Positions 12,262 to 22,329 of a stretch of 64,000 bases of DNA are shown here, piece after piece. The stretch is taken from positions 18,493,674 to 18,557,673 of the forward strand of contig JASCQW010000156.1 in assembly GCA_030264375.1 (NCBI GenBank), written 5' to 3'. Both the position numbers and the translations under genes were made by a program. The stretch is from Carcharhinus longimanus (Eukaryota). Each line of letters opens with the position of its first letter. The stretch's first letter is position 1. The notes under the pieces are model-generated. The model saw only the letters and a list, made by a program, of their open reading frames with translations, searched no databases and was not told the DNA's origin.

Positions 12262-13145
12262 ATGAGAAAGAAAGACTTCATTTATGTAGTTGCTTCCGAA
12301 CCAGATAACCTGTTTAAGTGATGTTGGCCAACAGATAAAAATTGGCCCAGAACACTAGGTACAATGCCCCTGTTCCTCTTTAAAATAGTGCCATTTGAGC
12401 CTAAATGTCCAGCTGTGAAGTTTCATAAGATATTGGAGCAGAACTGGGCCATTCGACCCATCGACTGCACTCCACCATTCGATCATGGCTGATATGCTTC
12501 TCATCCCCATAACCTTTCAGCCCATTACCAATTAAAAATCTGTCTAACTCCTCCTTAAATTTATTCCTTGTCCCAGCATCCACCGCACTTTGGGGTAGCG
12601 AATTCAACAGATACACAAGCCTTTGGGAGAAGTAGTTTCTTCTCAACCCTGTTTTAAATTTGCAACCCCTTATCTTTAGAATATGATCTCTTGTCCTCAA
12701 ATGCCCCACAAGAGGAAGCAATTGTTCCACATTTACTTTATCCATACCTTTTATCATCTTGAATATCTCAATTTGATCTTCCCTCATTCTTCTAAATTCC
12801 ATAAAGTACAGGCCTAAACTATTCAAACTCTCTTCAGACGGCAAACCCCTCATCTCTGGAATCAATCTAGTGAACCTCCTCTGAACTGCCTCTAATGACA
12901 TACATTGTTCCTCAAATACCAAAACTGTGCACAATACTCCAGGTGCGACCTCACCAATGCTTTTATTGTTGCAACAATACTTCTTTACCTTTATATTCTA
13001 TTCCTTCATCTACAAGTGTCAACATTTCATCCAAAATACTCCCTGATAACTGTACTGTATTCAAGTGACTGGTAGAGGACTTAAACCCTTAACTTCTGAC
13101 TTAGCGGTCAGCAAGTGCTACACGCTGAATCATGGCTGACACAAA
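12262..13145 (-). mobile_element. DeuSINE (SacSINE1-like) split by a CR1 insertion
   Basis: tRNA-like head at 13030-13145 and Deu-domain/tail-like sequence at 12262-12410, on either side of the CR1 fragment. Homologous to 20097-20700. Confidence 0.5.
12424..13025 (-). mobile_element. CR1 LINE 3' fragment
   Basis: ORF 12401..12934: LEAVQRRFTRLIPEMRGL...GLYFMEFRRMRED.IEIFKMIKG...RRNYFSQR..LNSLP, the CR1 ORF2 C-terminus. Confidence 0.92.
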
Positions 13146-14169
13146 GAATAAATATAGAAGGGCAAATTAATCTAAAGAAAAGCATATGGCGAGGTGTCCA
13201 GTCAGGTGAATTGGAGAGAGATTAAGAAAAAGCAAAACGCTTGTCAGTATAAGGAAAAGTAACGAGAGGTCTGAATACATTGCAGCATTGATGAACAAAG
13301 GCACTAATTAAAATGAAGGGTCATGATGTAACGGCCGTGAAGACAACTTAGCTTTAGCCAGGGCAAGATTGGAAATGAAAAATTCCTGGCTATAATGTCT
13401 CTAAGAGAAATACAGAAGGGAAACCAGAAAAAGGGGCCTGACATAATTAATTACAGTTGTGGAAAGGAAAGGTTTATTGATGGTGGCTTGCACACAGTCT
13501 GTTTGGTTGGACTTGTTATTGCATTGAGAAACCATTGTCGATCAGCCAACAATGGGAAAGAATCTGAGGCTGTGACTGGCAGGCATGTTTGTTGTTATCT
13601 GTACAGTGAGGTAAGGAGTTAAAAATCCTGTGGTAAATTGGGATATGGCAACATCGGGTAATGAAGTAGGATTAGTGAGTGACCTAAAGGTGGAAGGGTT
13701 TGGGAAATTGCTAAGTACAATGAAAACAGATAGACAAAAGGAGGAGTTTCAAATAAAGATCTGTTAAAAGACCGAAGATCAGCTAATCCATTGAGTCATA
13801 TCATTGAAACCTAGCCCAGCTCAATAGAGTGAAATGAAATTGTAGATCCACACTGCAGGGTGGCAGCATGAGCTATTTAAATGAGATGGATACTATGCAT
13901 TTTAAACAGGTGGTAGGTATAAAGAGAAAGTCAAAAGGGCAGGAATATCAGTGAGTATCATTTAAAAGGGAATTGGATAAGCATTTTTTTAAAAAATAAT
14001 ACAAAAGAATATAAACAAGGAAAAAGTAGGCAAGTTTCTTAAGGAGAAAAAATTGCAAGGATGTGGCAAAAGAGCAGGGGAGGGGACTAACAGAATTGCT
14101 CAGTGAAAGAACCAATACAAACTCAATGGATTGAATGGCCTTCTTGTATTATTCAATGAAATGGGATTT

Positions 14170-14462
14170 CTTTTTTAAACTTTATTCCAATCCAATCAAG
14201 TCAAATTAAACCCAATTCAGAGTCCCAACAAGTTGGGACATTCCCAATCCAAGCTGACAAGACAGGGCTCTCACCTCCTGTCTTGGGCTTGATCTACATG
14301 ATCCAAGCTGATTGGAGTAGGTGTAGCTCCTCTTCCAAGCCTTGATCTAATTTGCATATTAGCCAAAAGGCCGAGATGCTGCTTGAAAAAATTGCTTCAA
14401 ATGAAGCTGAAATGTAACCTAATGACTTCAAAAAGTGCAGCATGTCGATACTACACTTGTTC
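14170..14462 (-). mobile_element. U2 snRNA-headed short element, copy 1 (5'-truncated, 3' end intact)
   Basis: Begins with CAAGTGTAGTATC (U2 nt 28-40), shares about 150 bp of body with 19373-19511, and ends GGAATAAAGTTTAAAAAA. Confidence 0.75.
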
Positions 14463-14992
14463 AACTATTGATCAGAATATTAAGAATATAAAGGAAACAA
14501 ATTGGTGGAATGATTTCTGAAATTGGGGTTCTAAATATACTAATTCATCCTTCAGTTTGTCTAATGTCCCCTATTGCACGACTGATTATATTGTATACTT
14601 TAATTTGATACTGTTTATTGAACAGTCTCTAAATTGAAAAAAAGAAATAATACAATAGTTGCATATTGAAATGTTACTATAAAAACAATAATTCTGTTAA
14701 TTGTAAAGATAACAGTTGTAATATGTTAATCATTAATTTGGCTGGATTTTGATACTGGTTGGGAAAGATTTTGGTCACGGTCTGTGATCCATTTCGCTTT
14801 ATGCTCCAGAATCAAGAGGAGGGACTGTAGATAGCAAAAGAAAGGCTACAACAGTGATTTAATGACAATAATGGCATTAGCGCCTAATCACGGCTGTTCT
14901 GGGTGAGGCTTAACCATGTTGGGATTTTTGGTCAATTTATAATTAAAACCAGATACAGGTCATAAAGTTGCTCTAAATCAGGATCTTAAAAA

Positions 14993-15287
14993 GTTTAAAG
15001 TTTATTTATTATTATCACATGTGGGCTCACACTAACCCTCAATGAAGTTACTGTGAAAATCCCCTCGGTGCCACACTCTGGCACCTGTTCTGGTACACTG
15101 AAGGAGAATTTAACATGGCCAATCCACCTGACGAACACATTTTTTGGATTGTGGGAGGAAACTGGAACACCCGAAAGAAACCCACGCAGACACAGGGAGA
15201 ACACGCAAACTCCACACAGTGACTCAAGCCGGGAATCGAACTGAGTCCCTGGAGCTATGAGGCAGCAGTGCTAACCACTGTGCCACT
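14993..15287 (-). mobile_element. HE1-like SINE with an alternative 3' tail
   Basis: HE1 head and core, then AAATTCTCC..CAGTGTACC..ACAGGTGCC..GATTTTCACAGTAACTTCATTG..AATAAACTTT instead of the CR1-like tail. Confidence 0.75.
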
Positions 15288-16620
15288 TGGTCTTGTCTGA
15301 TGTGGCCTGGGAATTGTGATCTGAAGCTTCCTGTGTTGACTAAATAAGGGAAATTGTTTACGTTTGAACAGACATCATGGTCTTGAATTATATTAGTGTG
15401 GAACATACAATTTGAAATATGTGTTCACAAGTAATTTCACTGAATGTTTGAGCCATGTGATTGGTTTCTGGTTAGATGACAGAGAATCTTCTGGAGCAAG
15501 TGCAGGATTTGTGGATAAAAGTCACTATAGTCCTTTGTTTGCCAGCGATAGAGACTAACCTTCGCAAGATATGCATCCTGCAGGATGCTTCAGAGAAGAA
15601 GATAGATTGTACATCAGGGATATTCCTTGGCCAAGGATTTTCCTAAACTCATAGTATCTATTTTCAGTTAAATAATTAAAGTTAATGCGCAATTAAGAGT
15701 TAAGGTTGAGTTTAGAGTTGATATTCAGTTAAAGTTTATGTGCAGTTAAAAGTTAAAGTTCAGTTAAGGGTTAAGTAAAAGACTTAATGAGGTGCAACTG
15801 TTTATGTTGTATTTAAGAGTCAACTAATGTTCTTTTTTGTTTTATTAAACTGGAATGCTTGCAAGTTGTTTAAATTAAAAGTCAAATAACAATCTGGCCA
15901 CAGTACTCTTCAAATTCAATTATTAAACTCCTTCACTCAAGTACTGACATGTAAATTCACCTATCACAGATTTTCTTTTATTCGTTTGGGAAATCTGCTT
16001 TCAGCAGTTCCTTTCCCTGTGCTCAGCCTTCCTGGCTCTAGCTTATAAATAACTCAAAAGTTATTTCTGTCCTCGGGTGGCCCCTGGTTGCTAAGCAACA
16101 ACCTAGTTTTCATTTAAGCTCTGTTTATTTTCCCTCTGCAAACCTTCATTCCAATGCATGGATCTAAAACAAACTGAAGTTGTTAAGCCTTTCAAATACA
16201 GAAAAAGAAACTTATTTACAATTAGACCTTATTCCTAATACCAATGTGTATAAATACTGATTACTTAAAATGATCTCTGTTTCCTGACAGGTGAGCTATA
16301 GTTTGGGATTCTCCCAGCCTGCTGTGCTGCTCAAGTAGGAGCCTTTAGCGATTTTCACAACCAGGTCCAACCGGTTGTGAATCTCTGAGGCACTTTTTTT
16401 TTAGTGCAGTCTGTTATAATGTAGATCAGAAATTCCAAAGTGTTTTATGTAGGCTGACCAGATCAGAGGTTTTGCACTTTGAATTTGGCTCGGGTGAGCA
16501 TGAGTTATTTCACTTCAATATGATTTAAATGACCCACTAAGGAGATTTTATCAAACAAAGTTTATTTAAGAATACAGTGAACATGTGTAGAGAGAAAATT
16601 TGCAATAACATTTACCAATT

Positions 16621-18078
16621 ATGAACAAAGAACAAAGAAAATTACAGCACAGGAACAGGCCCTTTGGCACTCCAAGCCTGCACCAACCATGCTGTCCGAC
16701 TGAATTAAAACCCCAGACCCTTCCAGGGACCATATCCCCCTATTCCCATCATTTCATGTATTTGTCAAAATGCCCCTTAACTGTCACTATCCTATCTGCT
16801 TCCACTACCTCCTCCGGCAACGAGTTCCAGGTACCCACCACCCTCTGTGTTTAAAAAAAACATGCCTCGTATATCTCCTTTAAATCTTGCCCCTCACACC
16901 TTAAACCTATGCCCCCTAGTATTAGACTCTCCCACCCTAGGAAAAAGCTTCTGACATTCCATTCTGTCCATGCCCTTCATAATCTTGTAGATTTCTATCA
17001 GGTCGCCCCTCAACCTCCATTGTTCCAGTGAGAACAAACCAAGTTTCTCCAACCTCTCCTCATAGCTACTGCCCTCCATACGAGGTAACATCCTGGTAAA
17101 TCTTTTCTGTGTCCATTCCAAAGCCTCCACATCCTTCTGATAGTGTGGCAACCAGAATTGAACATTATATTCCAAGTGCGGCCGAACTAAAGTTCTATAA
17201 AGCTGCAACGTGACTTGCCAATTTTTAAACTCAAGGTCCCGGCCAATGAAGGCAAGCCCCAGATTCCTCTGCCTATCAATACTCTAAAGTGTTCTGCTAT
17301 TGACTGTATATTTCCTATCTGTATTAGACCTTCCAAGTGCATTACCTCACATTTGTCTAGATTAAACTCCATCTGCCATCTTTCACCCAAGTCTCAATGA
17401 TCTATGTCCTGCTATATCCTCTGATGGTCCTCATCATTATCCACAAATCCACCAGCCTTTGTGTCATCTGCAAACTTACTAATCAATCCAGTTAAATTTT
17501 CCTCCAAATCAGTTATATATATTACACACCGCAAAGGTCCCAGCACTGACTTCTGAGGAACGCTACTTGTCACAGCCCTCCATTCAGAAATGCACCCTTC
17601 CACTGCTACCCTCTGTCTTCTATGACTAAGTCAGTTCTGAATCCACCTCGCCAACTACTTCTGATCCCAAGTGACTTCACCTTCTGCACCAGTCTGCTAT
17701 GAGGGACCTTGATGTGGAGATGCTGGCACTGGACTGGTTCAGCACAGTAAGAAGTTTCAAAATGCCACTCACCTGATGAAGGGGCAATGCTCCAAAAACT
17801 TGTGCTGCCAAATAAACCTGTTGGACTTTAACCTGGTGTTGTGAGACTTCTTAATGAAGGTTCTTGTTAAAGGCCTTATTGAAGTCCATGTAGGCAACAT
17901 CCACTGCCTACCCTCAGCAATCATCTTCTTCACTTCCTCAAAAAACTCAAGTTAGTGAGGCACGACCTCTCCTTCACAAAACCATGTTGCCTCTCACTAA
18001 TATGTTCACTTATTTCCAACTGGGAGTAAACCCTGTCTCAAAGAATCCTCTCCAATAATTTCCCTACCACTGACATCA
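16621..18078 (-). mobile_element. CR1 LINE 3' fragment (RT to tail)
   Basis: ORFs 16894..17208, 17187..17390 and 17412..17603: VTSSVPQKSVLGP, ISKFADDTK, WQMEFNLDKCEVMH, LYRTLVRPHLEY. Flanked by the direct repeat ATGAACAAAGAA (16621-16632, 18079-18090). Confidence 0.93.
17711..17855. mobile_element. Short Penelope terminal-repeat fragment inside the CR1
   Basis: GATGTGGAGATGCTGGC... followed by an inverted arm with CTGATGA (17773-17779) and AAATAAACCTGTTGGACTTTAACC. Confidence 0.75.
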
Positions 18079-19372
18079 ATGAACAAAGAAAACAGCCATG
18101 ATATTTTATAGTTTTTAATGAATATAAGAAATGTTCCAATCATACACACACTTCCCTACGCAAAACTCTTACCACAGGTTTAGCACAGAAAATACAAATG
18201 CTCAAGTGATGCTGAAACTTAGATCTTTGATCGAATGCTGTAGTTCTCTTGATGCATATACAGATAAGCTTGGAGTCAGAACAGCTCCCCAAAACACCAG
18301 GGAGAGAGACAGGCCTGAGACAAGTCAACTACCAACATGCAGATTTTTGCACTCTAGGAAGGAAAAATGCCTTGCTTCCAGCTCGTCAGCAGAATTTCCA
18401 ATGCTATGGAGAGGGAGAGAAACTTTTCTGTTTGCTGTTCACCCCCTTTTAAACTAAAACTGAAAATGAATCCTTAGATTTTTCTGGGGAGGAACCACTT
18501 GACTTTGACTTGTCAGTCAATCTTCCCTTTCATAATGCAAGATCATAAAACATCCCAGGAAGTACCTGAGGTCCAGAGTAAAAATAAACAAAATCTCATT
18601 TAAACCATTGAAGCAGCAAAAAAAGGACTTCTAACTAGACTGTCCGGCAACAATGAAAAAACTCAAAGCTGTTATAGCTGCAGAGAACATGATTTTTTAA
18701 AAAAACTTTTCTTAAAGGTACACAAGTGTCACAAATAAGCTCCATGCTGGAAATCAGTGCAGAGTTGATTATCATGTTGAAATGGCTTTTTCAATATGAT
18801 TAGTGAGCTCGGGACGGTAGTCGCTGAGCCTGGTACTATCTCCCACCCAGCCAGGAGAGATTCCCACCAACAGGATTGACAATTGCTCCCCACTAACAGG
18901 CAACAGGTGTCCTCACCCCGCTGGTGCCCCCAGGAGGTTGGATTCAAGGGGGTTGCTCCTTGGGCTGTGCCAGCCTTGCACTCTGGCACTGCCCAAGGGG
19001 CACACAGGCACCCAGCACCAGGCAGTGCCAAGGGGCAGGGCTGATTGATTGTGGGGGGTAGTTGCTGCCACTCTGCAAGTGGGATCAGTGGGGGAGGGAG
19101 TGAGGGGGCAATTGGAGCTGGTCATCAGGAGGGTTGGGGCTGATCATGAGGGTAGATTGGGACTGAGGGTCAGAGGTTGTGGCTGGCTGGGGAGGTGGGT
19201 TCCAGTAAGTCAGAAATTGGGGGCATGGGTTTTCGAGAAGGCAAGTGATCAAGGGGGTGGTGGTGTCAAGTGNNNNNNNNNNNNNNNNNNNNNNNNNNNN
19301 NNNNNNNNNNNNNNNNNNNNNNNNNNNNNNNNNNNNNNNNNNNNNNNNNNNNNNNNNNNNNNNNNNNNNNNN

Positions 19373-19551
19373 TGATTGGAGTAGGTGTAGTTCCTCCTCC
19401 AGGGCTTGATCTTATCTGCATCTTAGCTAAAAGGCCAAGATGCCGCTTTAAAAAATTGCTTCAAATGAAGCTGAAACGTAACCTAATGACTTCAACTAAG
19501 TGCAGCATATCGATACTACACTTGATCTTAGCCAAAAGGCCGAGAAGCGAT
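19373..19551 (-). mobile_element. U2 snRNA-headed short element, copy 2 (5' end intact, 3' end in gap)
   Basis: 19551 to 19512 reads ATCGCTTCTCGGCCTTTTGGCTAAGATCAAGTGTAGTATC, identical to vertebrate U2 snRNA nt 1-40. A non-U2 body shared with copy 1 follows. Confidence 0.85.
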
Positions 19552-20096
19552 TATTGCAGAGAGTTGAAGATAAAACATTAGCAAACATGATGGTCAAAAT
19601 GGCCTCTACTGCTCGTAAATTTGGTTTGCAGTAATACAGCGTGCTGTTATTTAAACAGGTCTCTGACTCAAGTTTGAGTATATTTACCCTGACTGTAGTC
19701 AGTACTTTCATGCCTAATATTTTTGGAGCAGGAAATTATATTTAATTATGATTGGATAAGCATTTTCCATTATTAGTCAATTAGACGATTGTTCCTGGCC
19801 CACAAAGTGCGTCTTCCAGCACTTACCCACAGAGCAGCAATAACATTCGTAAAGCATGGTTGGGTTGGAAAACAAATGAGGATTAGGTTGTTTGAGACCC
19901 TACTCCCTGACACCCTGGACATTTCTGTATCAGCTGTTTCTCAGTTGGTATTCAGACACAGAACTCTGGGAAGTCTGAGGGCAGATATTATAAATGTGTT
20001 ATAAAATGAGGCATAAGGTACAAGAGGAAAGAAAAAAGTGATACATTTGTACAAAACAATATTCACACCAGAATTCTAGGGCCTTAAACAGCATCC

Positions 20097-20700
20097 AAAG
20101 TTGTGGTTCAATGGGTAGCACTCTTGACACCTGAGAAAGAAGGTCATGAGTTCAAATCAGACTTGAGCCCCACTAACCAGGCTGACATTTCGTGTGCAGT
20201 GCTGAGGGAGTGTTGTACTGTCAGATGTGTTGTCTTTCAGATTAGGTGTTAATCCAAGGCACCGTCCACCATCTCAGGCAGTTATAAAATATCCTACGAC
20301 AGGCATCCAGATCAACATTTCTCTCCCAACTAACGTAATTAAAAACAGATCAAAAAGCAAAATATAAGAGATGCTGGAAATCTGAAAGAAAAAAGGCTGG
20401 AAATACTGAGCAGATCTTGCAGCATGTGTGGAGAGAGAAACAGAGATAACATTCCATGTCTTCGACCTTTCAATTCTGATCCTGCCATACCTGCTACGTA
20501 TTTCCAGCATTTCCTGTTTTTATTTCACAAAACAAATGGTCTGATCATTATTGCTATTTGTGGGATCTTGCTTCATGCAAATTGTTACGCTTAACTACAT
20601 TACAACAATGATCACACTTCAAGAATATTTAATAGGCCCCAGAGTCCTTCGGGAAACCCTGAGGTTGTAAAAAGGTGTTACATAAATGCAAGTATTTAAA
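20097..20700 (+). mobile_element. DeuSINE (SacSINE1-like) with an inserted Penelope-type palindromic fragment (about 20350-20530)
   Basis: tRNA-like head (GTGGTTCAATGGGTAGCA...GAGTTCAAATC), then GCAGTGCTGAGGGAGTG...GTCTTTCAGATTAGGTGTTAA resembling the Deu domain. The insert GATGCTGGAAAT...ATTTCCAGCAT is self-complementary. Confidence 0.6.
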
Positions 20701-20944
20701 TTAAACACGACGATGTTAGAATTGAGAAACAAGTGTTGTGAGAGGTCATGAGAGATACTAAGATTATTTCCACCTAATTGGAAACGGCCACGAGATGTAA
20801 TTTTTTTTTTATTTCTGTTATGATAGAGAGAATAGGGGATATATTCCCCATGGCTGGGGATCACTGCTGAGGAGCCACTAATTTAAAATTGGTACAGAGT
20901 GAGGAGGCAGGCCAAGAGAAATTCCGTTGCACTGTGCGGGGTAT

Positions 20945-21128
20945 GAAATGTTTTGCCATAGGGAGTGGTAGAGGGACAGATAATTGCGTCGTTTGAGGGC
21001 TATATTAGAATCGGCCATGGTGGGAGGGCAAAACTGTGATAAGTTTTGGATCGCTTCAGCTAAAATCTGTCCCTGAAACAATGGGCCAAATGGTCTCCTC
21101 TGTGCTGTAAACCTGTATAGTTCTGTGG
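20945..21128 (+). mobile_element. CR1 3' end, degraded
   Basis: ATGGGCCAAATGGTCTCCTCTGTGCTGTAA...TTCTGTG terminal motif. Confidence 0.55.
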
Positions 21129-21379
21129 TCCAAGTGCAGTCAATGTTATGTAAACAACTGCAGCCGCCATTTGGCTCATAGATCCCAGCCCACAATGAAT
21201 GAATGGCTCTTTAACCTGGTTAAAGGTGTGTCTGTTGACCTGGTCACCGAGTAATCACACTGGGGGTAAATCTCCCACACCGGGCAGCCAGCACCTCCCT
21301 GCCACTATCCGAGTGGACACAGCAGCCTCTGCGTTCACATTGCCTTTTGTACCAAAGCCCCCATTTCCCCCAGTGATTC

Positions 21380-21934
21380 CCGCCCGCTCCCAGTGCAGGA
21401 AACCGCGGCCATAGCCGGACTCCCAACTCGCCGGAGAGCAGCGGCCTTGCCCCGGGGCTCGGAACTCACCCGAAGTCCAGGTCCATGGACTTGAAGAAGA
21501 ATTTAAAGCTGCTGCTCGGCCTGTTGTTAAGGACCTGCTTGAAGTGACCGAGAGTGACCCGGTCCGGCGGCACCGCCACCTTCACCAGGTACGGCGTCTC
21601 CTCCTCATCCATGTGGTAAATAATCTTCGTCTCCGCCATCGGGTGGTCACAAAGCCAACGGCAAACCCGCTGCCGCCCACCTTCCGTCTCCCGTCTCCGC
21701 CTCACCGGCTCATGGATGTGGGAAAACCGGCAAATGTCAAACTCGACAGCGCGGCCTAGCGGACAGGCCCGACTCCTGGCCCCGCCCACTGTCCTAAAGC
21801 CCCGCCCATCCCCCGTCCCCAGTAAAGGCCCCGCCCACTGCCGCAAATCCTCGGCCCCCTCCCCGCCCCTGCTACCGCCCACGCCCCATAGCCTCGTCCC
21901 CGCTGCGGGCCCCGCCCCCAGACCAATAGAACCG
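21380..21934 (-). promoter_or_regulatory. CpG island / TATA-less promoter of the DVL gene
   Basis: The most CpG-rich stretch in the window. At least five CCCGCCC GC boxes between 21780 and 21918 and a CCAAT at 21923-21927. It continues into an N gap. Confidence 0.85.
21470..21639 (-). CDS. DVL1: Dishevelled (DVL1-like) coding exon 1, N-terminal part of the DIX domain
   Basis: ATG at 21639. [57 protein letters not shown]. 170-nt exon ending GG|GTGAGT (phase 2), the length and phase expected for DVL1 exon 1. MXRA8 lies upstream on the same strand. Dishevelled identity is secure; exact orthology less so. Confidence 0.9.
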
Positions 21935-22329
21935 NNNNNNNNNNNNNNNNNNNNNNNNNNNNNNNNNNNNNNNNNNNNNNNNNNNNNNNNNNNNNNNNNN
22001 NNNNNNNNNNNNNNNNNNNNNNNNNNNNNNNNNNNNNNNNNNNNNNNNNNNNNNNNNNNNNNNNNNNNNNNNNNNNNNNNNNNNNNNNNNNNNNNNNNNN
22101 NNNNNNNNNNNNNNNNNNNNNNNNNNNNNNNNNNNNNNNNNNNNNNNNNNNNNNNNNNNNNNNNNNNNNNNNNNNNNNNNNNNNNNNNNNNNNNNNNNNN
22201 NNNNNNNNNNNNNNNNNNNNNNNNNNNNNNNNNNNNNNNNNNNNNNNNNNNNNNNNNNNNNNNNNNNNNNNNNNNNNNNNNNNNNNNNNNNNNNNNNNNN
22301 NNNNNNNNNNNNNNNNNNNNNNNNNNNNA

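Larger units (their letters stand above)
16412..18733 (-). mobile_element. Solo LTR split by a CR1 insertion
   Basis: 16412-16620 and the end of 18090-18733 are reverse-complement similar to the two ends of 59245-60221. TG...CA termini. Confidence 0.7.

Noticed and set aside
18604-18616. CFNG-encoding words on the minus strand resembling DVL exon 2
   Set aside because: No RVVSW, no splice sites, and it lies inside a solo LTR. Chance match.
19512-19551. Functional U2 snRNA gene
   Set aside because: Only nt 1-40 are present, with no Sm site or 3' stem-loops, and it is fused to a repeat body.
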